Positions 23,068 to 36,018 of a stretch of 64,000 nucleotides of DNA are shown here, piece by piece (position 1 is the stretch's first letter; every line of letters begins with the position of its first letter). Made by a program: the position numbers and the translations under genes. The DNA comes from Sarea resinae. Its lineage: Eukaryota. The notes under the pieces were generated by a model. The model was not told the DNA's origin. It saw only the letters and a program-made list of their open reading frames with translations, and ran no database searches. The stretch spans positions 1 through 64,000 of the forward strand of contig JAPEUD010000083.1 of the NCBI GenBank assembly GCA_026026165.1, written 5' to 3'.

Positions 23068-26000
23068 TGTGTCTCAGGAGGCAGCTCAGAGTTGGTCAAT
23101 TGCACGAAGGCGAAGGCAATCTGCCAGTTCGAGAGGCACGATATGAGGGCCGTCCACGTCTCTGTTCCTTTCGTACCTAGGCTTCTCGGTCGTGGAGGGG
23201 TCCAAGCAACGTCACCGAGGTACCAACCCACGGTAATGATCGCCGGCGATCACTTGGACAAGAACAAATGTGATGAAGACAGAGTCCTCCAGTTCGGTGG
23301 GATTGTATGGAGCTGAGGCGAAATTACAGGGAATGTCTCAGCGATGGAAGACGATGGGTCAAGCCGTGCTGAGGAGCCCTCGCGCATCCAATGGTCAATT
23401 GGTTGTGCTAATAATGGAATCCGGTCCTCCTAATCAAAGCCGTGTTTGTTGCATCCAGCATGGAAGACTGAGCCCAACTTGCAACACCAAAACTTCTTAG
23501 ATGGGGCTCACAAGCCGACAAGTCTTCCTCCCGTGCCCCGCGCACATTCAATGGCCAACTCAACCTGTGCGCAGAGGTGTTGATTACGATATGTGAGATA
23601 TACTTACGGCCTCTGAGGCCAGGGAGGACCCGGAGGGGCGCGCCCTGGAATGTCGATAGCCGCCGCTAAGGATCCGCAACTCCAACTTACCTCCCCGTGA
23701 AGATACCCTGCTTCTTTCTAAGCGGCAGGGTCCTTCCATTTGGTCTTCAGGGTCTCGGTCCCGACTGGAATAAGAATCGAACTGTTTACACGAGAGATGT
23801 ATTATCATATTTTCTTTATCATTGCAAGTTCGTTGCTGATGTTCACATAACCATGTGATTTGATCACTCAAACACGATTGCGAAGGAAGATCTCCATCAT
23901 GAAGGTCGCCAGCTCCCATCAGCCTTCAACAGTTTTCAAGGCACTGGCCATATTGCATTTGCCCGTTCAGAGCTTGATGCCCGCAGAACACGGAGCCGAT
24001 TCGCAATACTACCTACCTAGTACGTAACGAAGTGGCTTCGAGTCGTCAAGAGCGCCTCCCAGTAGACGGAAGGATAGGCCTCCGACCGCTGTCCTGATGA
24101 TGTTCAGACTTTGTCCCCGGAGGGAGGAATAGACTTCCATCAATCTCCTTTGTAAGCGGGTGAGAGAGATCGGTAATCTTCGATGTTCAATTCCATCAGA
24201 ACATCGCAGCCAATCCGACTCCGCTCAATTGCTGTTGTTGTTCTCGGGCCACCGAGGCGGCGGAGACCTCTTCGACCCAAGCCAAGACGGCTTCCGTGCC
24301 CTCTGCGAGCAGGTACCATCTACGACACTGAGTGGTAACCGGGCCGCTTGATCCTGTTGTATGGGGTAAGGAGGCCATCACATACATAAACCGGTCGTAA
24401 TAATCACACTCTCTCTACCAGGTATATTTCACGCACAGAGTACCCGTACCCGCACTTTACTACGTACTCCAGTATCCGTAAAGTACTCGTAATAATAGGA
24501 GGGGTTTTAACAAGTAATAGGAGTAGCGCTACGAAGCGTCAATGGTCATCGCACATCGGCTAGCCCGCGCCCTCCGCAAGCATCATCCTTGCCTGGCTCA
24601 AGATTTCTTCCCCTTCACTGTCGTCAAGCGATCTCCTCGATTTCTTTCCGTACTCAATCCCATTAGGTATTCCTCATCTCTCGGCGCTCAAGGGAAGCCC
24701 CCGCTTAGTGTTTTCAAGAGTAGCAGGACCAAGGGCGGGCCCAGATTCGACCGTGTGCAACCCCCGACTGGTGGCCACCCTGGCGGTCATCCCGGTATCT
24801 GGATCCGCCCAGTTCGTCATGATGCATAATCTCGCCCTGTGCGGTGGTGCCGCGGTGGGACGACGTTGGGCTTTCCGCCGTCCTATGCCTCAAAAGGACT
24901 CCAGGGCCTCACGATGTGGGTTTGAGAGTTTGCACTTTGTGGACTGGTACTAGCAGTAGTGGTACAGATTCAGGCAAAAGCCAAGTCAACTGGTTGACTC
25001 GCTGTTGACTGCTAACGCCCTCGACTGCTCTGTGTACCTTCGTGGTGGGTTTGTGTCTCCCAATCTTCTCCAGTCTTTCAAATTGTCCCGACAGGCGACA
25101 GGTACATCAGACAGTTCAACGGTGTAACGGGTTGGTGCAGCATGGCGGCCCTCCCATGGCGATTCAAGTCCCATTCGGCACGTGCGGGAAGCCTGTCAGA
25201 GAAGGCGAAAGGTCCATCGGCCAAGCACTCCGTACGAACCTTGAGGTACTCTCCCAAGGCTTGGGTGCTTGACCCACGCGCTTCTACTCCTTTGGGAGAC
25301 TCCGAAACAGCCCATCGCATCTATTGAATTTCGTTGCTCGAGTAGTGACTAAGTAGTACTTGCGCTTCCACACTACCAAGGTCGTTAGCCATGTACCTAG
25401 GCAGGGACCGAGGGACCTTGCTCGACTGGACTTTGCTTTCATCGCATCAATCACATCCAGGGATCCACGCTCTCAGGCGCTTAAGGTTTCGGGAGCTGAG
25501 CTGAGGTACTGCTACTTGCCTGTGTCCTGCTGGCCTGCCCAGTGCCCTTGGGATCACCGCGCCAAAGCCAAAGGGATCGAGGTACATTTGTAGTCGATAC
25601 CTTACTGCTCTAATCTGCCACGATGCTTTTTTCTGCCAAATCTGCATCTTGCATACCCACGAGAGGGTCAGAGTAACGCAGTCCGTTACCTACTTCCACA
25701 ACGAGTAACTCAGATGCTTCGTGCGGGAACCAATGACATGGTAATCGCGCCAGCCGTCATAACCACGCGCCTTGCGTGCCTCATCCTCCTCCACCTCTCG
25801 CTCTCCCTTCGTCCTGGCGGCAGTACGGAGTACACAGGACAGTACACGAACCTCTCTGCTGGGGCGGAGAGGGCATGAGCTAAGAGAGCAACTGTGACTT
25901 CTGCTGCAGAGGAGCACAACCGCCTAAACGTTAAACGTACAAATCGTTATGGCTTGCACACTGCATGCTTTCCCTCCCACCACCGTGCTCTACTTTATCC

Positions 26001-26854
26001 ACGGCTACCACGCCCACTCCAACTAAGGAAAAATACCTCTGGCCCCCCTAATCTGCCTCTGCCTGCCCGGGCAGTACTCTAGGTTGGTAGGGTAGAGTAC
26101 CGTAGCTGGAGGTAGTCAAGGTACCGACCTACCTACCTTCCCTACTTAAGCTTGAGTGAACTTGGCCGTACGCAGTATGTATTCGCACTGGCATTACGAG
26201 TATGGTGTGTATCCGTAGCATCCCCTATTCTTATTGCAACCACAAAAGCGGTCACGGCTCGAGTCTCAGGATAGGTGCCTAGTTGCAACGATGTGATTGA
26301 TGTGATGGATGTGATGAGGAAGACCTCGCGCCTCGATAGCTTCAAGTCATTGATTGATCTTCCTATCATTTGTCGCTGTAACATAAGGACCTCAATCCGT
26401 CTGCTCTTCGCCGTGGCGTTGTGTGTACGACTATTGCGTACCTACTTCGTACCTTCATATCCTAGCTCGAAATTTTGAAGCGACGTGCCCTACCCAAAGC
26501 AATTTCCTTCATGTTAATCTGACTGAACCCTCGACCCTCGATCCTCGCTCAACCTCCTCCGACCGTGTGTGCTGTCCCCACGACAACCCTCCTTTCACTC
26601 TTGAAGCCTCGTCTTCTCGCGACTACTTCTTCCTCAGTCGCGACACACAAGGTCGACCAGCCTTCCCCCCCCTCGGCAGTTCGATTCTTCCCGCTCGTCA
26701 CGCAACTCTTTCGAGCCTTGATCGGACTCCTTTTGGCAACGGTGGAGACTCGACACTGAGTTTGATCCGTTTCGGGAATCTGCCACAAACCTTCGAGCCT
26801 GATACTACCCAAAAGGAGCACACTGTACAACTGATTTGGTTTGCACTCTTGAAG

Positions 26855-28996
26855 ATGGCGAGCAAACAAGGTCAACAGGCGAACTTGGATCGATACGTGG
26901 TTATCCATGTGGCTACCACGTGTGACGAGCACGGCGTCTACGTGACCAAGGACTCAGCTGAGGTCATTGAGCTGGGGTGGATATTGCTGGATGCAAAGAG
27001 CTGTGAAGAGGTATGATCACGCTGTTGGAAAACTCTTCAATCGGCCCTGGACACTGCTAATATTGGTCTGTGAAGCTTCACCGTGAGAGCATCTTGGTGA
27101 AACCCGTCAACACCCCCATCACTCCTCTATGCAGTAAGCTATTCCCCTCTTAAGGCCATCGAGGCTGCTCACCCGCACCTTTTTGAAATATGTTCCTGGG
27201 CTAAGTACTTTGACATCGAATAGCGAGCCTCACGACCCTTACTTGGGAGCATGTTCGTTCGGCAGGATCATTCCGTGACGCTGTGAATCGCTTTGATGCC
27301 TTCGCCAATGAACATTTGACGCCCAACAATCTCGAGTTCTCTTTCGTCACTCTTGACTCGTGGGATCTTCGTGTCCAGCTTCCGCGTGAAGCTCGTGACA
27401 AGGCCGTGGTCCTCCCTCCGTACTTGCAGCATTCACGTACATTCGATTTGCGCACCGAATATCAGCGATGGCAACAACATCACCCGGAATCTCTCCCGTT
27501 CGGTCCAAGCTCTCTGGCCAATATTTGTGCAGCTTTGGAGGTCGAGCCCGTTCAGTCTTCTGCACCCATCAAGCACAATCTTCCATTTCATCTTCAGGCT
27601 TTGGCTCCGGCTTCGCCTCGCCGTGCTATGGAAGAAGCAGTGACCCTCGCAAGGGTGCTGCGTGGCCTGATTCGCAAGTCTCAACCGCCTCACGAACATC
27701 CCGACGTTTTGACCCGTCCCATGGACGCAAGAGCAGATGTCAGAGCATTCTTGTCTGAGCGCAGCAAAGTTCTTCATATGAGCGGTCTTCCTCATGATAC
27801 AACTCAGTCCGAGCTTGAAAGCTGGTACACCCAATTTGGAGGCAGGCCCATTGCCTTCTGGACGTTGCGGACCCCAGATCAGCACAAGCCCACTGGTACT
27901 GGTTTTGCCGTCTTCTCTTCCCACGAAGAGGTGAGTCTCATTCTACTCTCGACCTTTCATTTTAGTCAATTCATATCACCCCTTGGTCATCGCGATTTTC
28001 CTGTATACTGCTCCTGAATTTCCCACGCTGACGATTCTCAAGGCCGCTGAGAGTCTTTGCATGAATGGCCGGGCTCTGAATGAGAAGGCCATCGAGGTTT
28101 CCCCCTCTTCCAGCCGTGTGCTCGACCGGGCTGCAGAGATACTCACGCCTTTCCCTCCTAGCAAGAATCGTCCTAGGCCTGGTGACTGGACTTGCCCTTC
28201 ATGCGGCTTCTCCAACTTTCAACGTCGTACGGCATGTTTCCGCTGTTCTTTCCCTGCGATGTCGGCCGGTCCCGGAGGTGATGGCATGGGCTACCCTGGC
28301 CCTGGCTATGGATATGGACCACCGTCTATGATGCCCCCACAGCATCACATGGGCCACGGTGGCCACGGCATGGGCCATTCTCGTGGAATGGGTAACAACG
28401 GAGGCATGGTGCCTTTCAGGGCTGGCGATTGGAAGTGTGGTTCTGAGGGATGCGGATATCACAACTTCGCGAAGAACGTAAGCTGCCTCCGATGCGGTGC
28501 CAGCCGTGCCGGAGCTGCTGTCGTGGCGGATTCTGCTTTCCCCTCGCCTATTGACGCACCTTCTGGCTATGGCATGGGACCGCCTTCTGTCACCGGTACT
28601 CCTGGTCCCGGGCCGTTTGCCTCCGGTGCCGGCGGATTTGGCTCGGGCGCTGGATTTCCCGGTCAACACTTCGGTGGGCCTCCGAGCACTTATGCTCTGC
28701 CTTCTGGACTGGGCGCTGCTACGGCACCCTATCCTCCCATGAACTCTCAATATGGTCCAGGCAGTGGCTCTCAATCTGCTGGCCCTTTCGATAGTCGTGC
28801 TGCTGAGGCAGCTTTCTCATCTGCCGGTCAGAATCCTTCCTCTGCGGGAGCTTCGAACGGCGGATTCTATTCTATGGACGGGAGCTCTGATCCATTTTCT
28901 TTTCTCTCCAGTGGGCTTGGTGGCTTGACCATGAGCGACGACTCCCGGAGGGAGAGAATCAATGGGGCCAACTCGGCCAACAAATCTCCCGCATAA
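26855..28996 (+). CDS. NRP1: Nrp1/Arp-type RNA-binding protein: degenerate DEDDh exonuclease-like domain, RRM and two RanBP2 zinc fingers; 4 exons
   Basis: YVVIHVATTCDE...EVIELGW, RRM (VLHMSGLPHDTTQSEL, GTGFAVFSSHEEA), zinc fingers RPGDWTCPSCGFSNFQRRTACFRC and RAGDWKCGSEGCGYHNFAKNVSCLRC. Confidence 0.9.
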
Positions 28997-30705
28997 ATCC
29001 TATTCGAATACACAGTACATTTGTCTCATTCCTCTGAGTAACACTGGTGACGGCCTTCGGGATGTTGACTTTTGGGTGGTTATGCGGGCGTGGGTGGGGG
29101 TGCGATAAGTTCATCTGGCGGAGTTTCTTCAAGATCGGCAGAAGTTTTATGCTTTATGCGCATGCGAACATGGCGGGGCGTGGGAGCATAATACGAGGCA
29201 TGCGTCTTACGAGGACTTTGGCGGAAGTCGACTTGCTTCGTCGGTGTTGTTCTGGGTGGAACTTCAAAAAGCATGCTGAGCGGTTGGTTGGTTGGTTGGT
29301 TGGTTGGCTGGTTGGTTGGCTGTCTGATCTCATGAAGGATTGTGAATTCACTAGCGGTGACTCTGGTGGTTCACGCTCTCGGCTTTTCTTCTTTTCAAGT
29401 ATATTCTCTCAAAGCTTTTCTTTTCTCATCATGTACTTCTCCTTTTGATCTCTTCTCGTCCCACTTATCGCTTCCTTTTCTTAGCCTTTTCTATATGCTT
29501 GTGTCGGCAATGGGTGATGAACAATCGCCTCTAATCTGGGTCATTCGGCGGCAGGGACAAATGGAAAAACCTAATATATGTCTGCGGTTAGAGGGCGACG
29601 GACGAAAGAATTTCGAGAGGACAGGATACGGATATTGAGCGTTGGCTTTGGCTTGTGCTTCGGGCTTTCAACTTTGCTTCCGTATTTCCCTTCGTTCAAT
29701 CTTCTTCCTCTGTTCAGCTCTTCCGTCGATGAAGAGAGAAGGCGGGAAAAAGGATGGAGAATTGGAAGACTGGGACGGTGGGACCAGGCTACTCATCAGC
29801 ATCAGTTCTTGGATGTCAATCATCTGTGGGGATTAAGACTTTAGAGGCAAAGGACGGGCCAGGGAAGGACTGGATCGGGCAGGCTGAATGACTGGAAATG
29901 GATCGGGGGAAAGGCTAAAATGAGATTCGTCAATTGTATGGCGACGCATGGGAAAAGAAAGGCGATGAACAGATTATCGTTTGTGATTGGTTGAGATGAG
30001 ACAGACAAATTGATGTTGATGTCTCTTATCTATTTTCCTACGTCCTCTACTTTATCTCTCTCTCTCTCTGTGTGTCTCTCTGTTTCTCTCTCATATTGTC
30101 TTCTTGTCTCCCCCCACCCCTCCACCCCCCTTTTCCCCCAAAGTAGATAGAAGCAACTAGTTAGTTTGAAAAGATCAACAGAGATGATGGTACTCTAGTC
30201 GGTCTTCTCTGGTATTTCGCCACCATCCTCGATGGTTATATGAATTGAATGGCAATCACCTGAACCACTCGAGCAGGTTCCATCTATGCACATGGATGTA
30301 TATACCCACCTAACGAAGGGTGATTGGAGGATCTGGCCGCCAGGACTCATGAATATTGTCAGAGTAGTCCGTCAGCTAATCATTTACGACCTGACACTGC
30401 AGCTGTAGGGCTTTTTGATAGATGTTGTCTGTTAAGAGTATTCCCGTGGGGCCGGTGAATGCTACAATTGCTGCTATCTTCCGGGAGCTTTGTTCAAGTC
30501 TACACCTTATAATAAAGGGCCTCATAGACGTTTATGAAGGTTGACATTCGTGTTGTATATCTCTACTTTGTCCGGTCCCGCTTTTTTTACTCTTTAGATA
30601 TATACAGAAGAACTTCATCAAGATGCCACCCTCTTACTCTATGTCTGTAACATCGTCCCTTGCCGCGAGAGATGCTGGTGGTCTACATGGACTGTCGTCA
30701 GCCGA

Positions 30706-31952
30706 TCAAGGCAGAACGATGTAGTGCTCCAAATGCTTCGGTATCGAGCCCAGCAGCTCTTTCTCCTGCAGCCACTTTCTCGAGAACAGCCTCTCGGCGT
30801 AGCGATAGGCGCCATCGCACAGCATGGTGACGACCGTATGGCCCGGACCCAACTTTAGTGCCACCTCTTTGGCCGCGACGACGTTCAGACACGAGCTCGC
30901 GCCCATGTAAAGTCCTTCCTCGTCGAGACAGCGGTACACCATCTCGATGGTCTTCTCGTCCGGGATGTGCACGCTGCCGTCCAGCAGAGAGATGTCCGCT
31001 GCAAGGTTCGACGTCACGCGTCCTTGCCCGATCCCTTCCGTTATGCTGCCGCCCGCCCGCTCGCTGAGTTTTCCACCGGATTGGATGTAACTGTGCAGTA
31101 CGCTCCCCGGTGGATCCGCCAGGTAGCATTTCACGCGCCCCTCGGACTTCGTCTTCAGATAGCGCGTTATGCCGGCCAGCGTGCCGCCGGTGCCGGTCGC
31201 GCACGTGAAGGCGTCGAGCTTGCCGCCGGTCTGGGCCCAGATCTCCGGGCCCGTGGTCTCGAGGTGGGCGCGCCGATTGGCCGTGTTGTCGAATTGGTCG
31301 GTCCAGACGGCGTTGTCGAGCCGCTCGGCGTGCCGCTTGGCCTGGTGGTTGTAGTTGTCCGGGTGGTCGTAGGCGACGGCCGGCACGGGGTAGACGGTGG
31401 CGCCCAGCAGACGCAGCAGGTCGATCTTGCCCTGCGACTGCGTGTTCGGCATGTAGATGACCAGCTTGTAGCCCTTGGCGCGGCAGACGTGCGCGAGCCC
31501 GATGCCCGTGTTGCCCGCCGTGCCCTCGACCACCGTGCCGCCCGCGTGCAGCAGACCGCGCTCTTCGGCGTCCTTGACCACGTAGAGCGCCGCGCGGTCT
31601 TTGACGCTGCCGCCTGGGTTCTGGAACTCCGATTTGCCTAGGATCGTGCAGCCGGTTTCTTTCGAGAGGGCTTTGAGGTGCATCAGGGGCGTGTTGCCGA
31701 TTGCTGGGGGAAATGGATTAGTTGGATCTTATCTTCTTTGGGCTTTGCGGGGTGTGTGGGGATTTGTGCGGTGTATGAGCGCGGGCAATTGAAAGGGGCC
31801 AGAGAGTGCGCCTTACCGCCTATGAAGCCGTCGACTGTGCCTTGCGCTGTGGAGACCTTGATCCCGTATGAGTTGGGCCCTTCCATTTGGGAAAGCGTCT
31901 CCGCGGCGCGTCGGGCCGAGGTCGCGAAGCGGCGGACGCTATGGCGGAACAT
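30706..31952 (-). CDS. cysB: Cysteine synthase (O-acetylserine sulfhydrylase, CysB type) with mitochondrial presequence; intron 31704-31816
   Basis: IGNTPL, PLP lysine motif [29 protein letters not shown]-terminus [15 protein letters not shown]. Confidence 0.93.
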
Positions 31953-32364
31953 CGTGAAGGCTTAATGGGGGGAGGAGCACCAGCAGCAGAGTGCTTGTCT
32001 TGGAAAAGTGGATGAGAGGTAAAAGGGAAAGGGGAAAAAGGCGAGCAGACGAACAGTCGAGAGTGGAAGTGTCAGTGGAGGTAATTCGGCATCAAAGCCG
32101 AAGAGTCGAGAGTTGTGGATGACACAATCGATAACAAAGATCCAAGGGCTTGATTGGGGTTAGCGTCGATCTGATAACGCCGATACCGCTGACTGTGGCA
32201 TTTCCGTGTTTACCTCCCATAACAACGTCAACATCACCATCAACAACCCATCATCTCACGAGTCCACGACAATCAGCTCAGCGCTCGACACCAGCGACAA
32301 CGAATATCTCACGGACGCGCTCTATCGATGCTGAGGGATTTTTAGCAGCCTCATCATTTTCAAT

Positions 32365-35300
32365 ATGCCCGGTCGGGTCTCGACACGATCAACGAGGACG
32401 TCGGTGTCCACCACTTCACGCGCCTCAGTCGTTTCTCGCAAATCATCAACCCAGAACCCATCCTCGCGCACCTTAGCAACCTCGCGCACCTCTGCCACGC
32501 CTGCAGAGCTTCCCGATGAAGGGCCCACGTCTTCCCTTCGGACGCAAACATGCGTCATCTTCGCCGACTCGCAGCGCACAACTGCCACGCACCGGAAGCT
32601 AGTCGTCAGCTTGAGGAAGATTCAGGAGACGTGTTGTTATGAGCCCGTCAAACCGAGAAAGTCCACGGAGGAGGACTTTGGGGAGGAGGAGTTCAATGCT
32701 GAGGTAGCGAGGTGTGTCATTAGGATCATGGGGGTGAAGAAGACCGAGGCGGTTGGGGATAGAGTTGTCAGATTTGTCGGGCTGTTCCTGAGGCATGCCA
32801 GTGAGAAAGGTGGGCATCCCGATAGCTTCTTAAGCGCTGTGCTTACAAAATAATAGACAACGAGCTGGTGCCCGATTCAGAAAGCGATGAGACGGAGGCA
32901 TTCCCCGAGACACCTAGTACAAGACTCACCACGCAGATCCTCTCACTTTTACTGCCATTGATGACCGCCAAGGAAAAGACGATCCGCTACCGGGCTACGC
33001 AATTAGTTTCGCATATCATTAATTCTTTAGACTCGGTAGATGACGAGCTTTTCCAGCATCTGCGACTCGGGCTTCTCAAACGAATCAGAGACAAGGAAAG
33101 CATGGTTCGCGTTCAGGCCGTGCTTGGTCTTGGACGTTTGGCTGGAAATGAGGCAGAAGACGACCAAGAGAACGGGGACAGCGACGATGACGACAGTGGT
33201 GGTCTACTTGAAAGACTAATGGATGTTTTGCAGAACGACCCGAGCGCGGAAGTCCGTCGCTCGCTGCTCCTAAACCTACCCCTAACGCAGAAAACTCTGC
33301 CATACCTACTCGAACGCGCGAGGGATCTGGATCCGGGCACCAGAAGGGCTCTATACTCGCGACTGCTACCGGCACTAGGCGACTTTCGGCATCTTTCTCT
33401 TTCAATGCGTGAGAAGCTTTTACGGTGGGGCCTACGTGACCGGGACCAGACCGTTCGTAGAGCTGCAGCCAAGGTATTTCGAGAGCGCTGGATCGAGGAC
33501 TGTGCTGGCACTCGAACTGTGACTGAAGGAGGAGTTGTTGTTGAGGAGAAGCATCCTCCAAGTTTTGAGGGCCTACAAGAGCTGCTCGAGCGTATTGACG
33601 TTGTCAATTCTGGCCTCGAGGATGGAGTGGCGCTCGAAGCTATGAAGGAGTTTTGGGACGGAAGACCGGATTATCGGGATGCTGTGACGTTCGATGATGC
33701 CTTCTGGACCAATCTCTCCGCAGAGAGTGTTTTCATGGCCAGGACTTTCAACGACTTCTGCCGAGCTGGGGAAGACGGCAAGTACGACGCCTTGATCGAG
33801 GAGAAGATGCCCGAGGTTACGAAGCTCGCATTCTTTCTACAGCACTATACGAACACCCTGATTGAGAAATTGAGAAATGCTGCTCAGCAGCCAGATGCCG
33901 AGGAGGACGAGACGATCGAGCTGGAATTTATCGTCGAACAACTTTTGCACATTGCTTTGACTCTGGACTATTCGGACGAGGTGGGCAGAAGGAAGACATT
34001 CTCCCTGATGCGGGAGACATTGGCGATCGCGGAGCTGCCGGAGGAGACTACCAAGCAAGTTGTAGAGGTGCTCCGAGCTGTCTGCGGGAATGAGCGCGCG
34101 GGCGAACGCGAATTCTGCGGCGTGGTCTTGGAAGCGGTCGCCGAGGTCCACGATACGATATTGGGCGATGAAGAAGCACAAGAGGACGATAGCTTTCACT
34201 CCGCGAGGTCTGAGCTCAGCGATGATACGCCTACGAAGATGAGAAAGGCTAGAAAACAGTCGGCTCCTCCAGACGATTCGGCCGTGGAGGAGGAACAGGC
34301 GATTCGGGAGATCATGGTCAACATGAAGTGCTTGCATATCGCTCAATGCATGCTTCAGAACGTCGATGGCGATCTACAGGAGAACGTCCATCTAGTGACG
34401 ATGTTGAATAATTTGGTCGTGCCGGCTGTCAGGAGCCATGAGGCGCCGATACGGGAGCGAGGCTTGCTTTGCTTGGGTCTCTGTTGTCTGCTAGACAAGG
34501 TAAGAGCTGTGTGTTAGATGCTGGAGAAGGTTGAAGACTGACTGTGAGCGCAGAATCTAGCACAAGAGAATCTTTCGCTTTTTCTTCATTGCTTCAACAA
34601 GGGCCACGATGCCCTGCAGATCACCGCCCTCCAAATTATTTCTGACATCCTCACCAAACATCCCATCCTCCTATCGTCACCACTTCAGCAAGAATCGACG
34701 AGCGAAAGCGCTCCTAATCCGCTCTTGAAACCTATCCACAAGACTTTCGCTAAAGCTCTCAAATCCGCCTCCCCAGAAGTCCAATCCGCAGGCACGACCT
34801 CCCTCTCCAAACTCATGCTCCTCTCCATCCTCAAAGACGAAGACCTCCTGAAATCTATGGTGATCGCCTACTTCGAGCCTGAAACCGCCGACAACGCTGC
34901 CCTGCGCCAGGCTTTGTCGTACTTCTTGCCCGTGTACTGCCACTCGCGGCGCGAGAACATGGAACGCATGGGTCGTGTTGCAGTAGGCGTGATGGAGAAG
35001 CTCGTGGGCATCAACGAGGACCTGATGGATGAAGATGACGGGAACAGCATGGTGGGGCTTGGGGTGGTGGCGGCGCATCTGGCCGACTGGACGGATGCCA
35101 GAAAATTGGTCGTGCTCGATCAGGAGGGCGCCGGTGGCGTCGGGATGCTGGGGCTTGAGCTTGACGGAACGAGCGGCAGGGCGAAAGCGAGTGTGGTGGA
35201 TAGTAACGTCCATCTGGATCTGGCGGTTGATATTTTAGAGAGGGCGTTGGGGAGCGGTTGTCCGAGTAAGCTTTTCTTATTGTTTCTTTCCTCCCTTTCT

Positions 35301-36018
35301 TATCCTTCCCTTTTGAACGACCAACCCATCAACATGGCATGACATGACATGACATGACATGGCCGCTAACCTCACCTATGCAGAAGAGCTCAAAAAACCC
35401 CTCCTCTCATCCATGCTGCCAAAACTGCACCTGTCGTCCCCAACGTCGGACACCGCCCGTCTCCGCGTGGTGGCGGACCTCGCGACCGAAGCCGTCGACG
35501 CACGCATTGCAGCCGACGCCACGGGGCGGAATGCGCTGGGCCGGATCGTCACTGCCGTGTCAAAGGTATTGGGAGATGCGAGTGTCGAGGAGAGTGGAGA
35601 GCGAGACGGAGACGGAGATGGTGAGGTCGAGGTCGAGGAAACCGTTGTCGTTGGTGGCGTCGAGGGGAGCGAGGATGTTGACGGACGCGTTAATGCTGGG
35701 AAGGGAGAGAAGAGGGCGAGTGACGAGGACGAGGGAGAGGAGGAAGAGGAGGGAGTGGGAGCCGAGCGCGAGGGTGGGGATACCGGCGCTATTGATGATG
35801 ATGACAACGATGAAGAGGAAGAGGGAGAGGGAGAGGGAGAGACAGAAGAACCTCAAACCGAAACAACCATAGTCTCTTCGTCCGAGAAACCGCGAACTAG
35901 CCGCAGAACGAGAGCCCCGGCACGCAGCTCCCGCGATTCCTTGGTCGACGAACTCCTCTCGTCTTCTTCTTCCGACGATGATGACAACGACGACGACGAC
36001 GATGAGATGATCGAGTAA
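32365..36018 (+). CDS. YCG1: Condensin HEAT subunit G (Ycg1/Cnd3/CAP-G), 4 exons
   Basis: IFADSQRTTATHRKL, RIRDKESMVRVQAVLGL, LQNDPSAEVRR, LLERARD, LDYSDEVGRRK, LRQALSYFLPVYC, acidic tail. Confidence 0.93.

Noticed and set aside
23068..26854. Hidden ncRNA or transposon in the 3.8-kb intergenic gap (also 1455-3597, 40593-42319, 52821-54921)
   Set aside because: No snRNA, 5S, telomerase-template, LTR/TIR or transposase signature recognised by eye. An Rfam or RepeatModeler scan could still find something.
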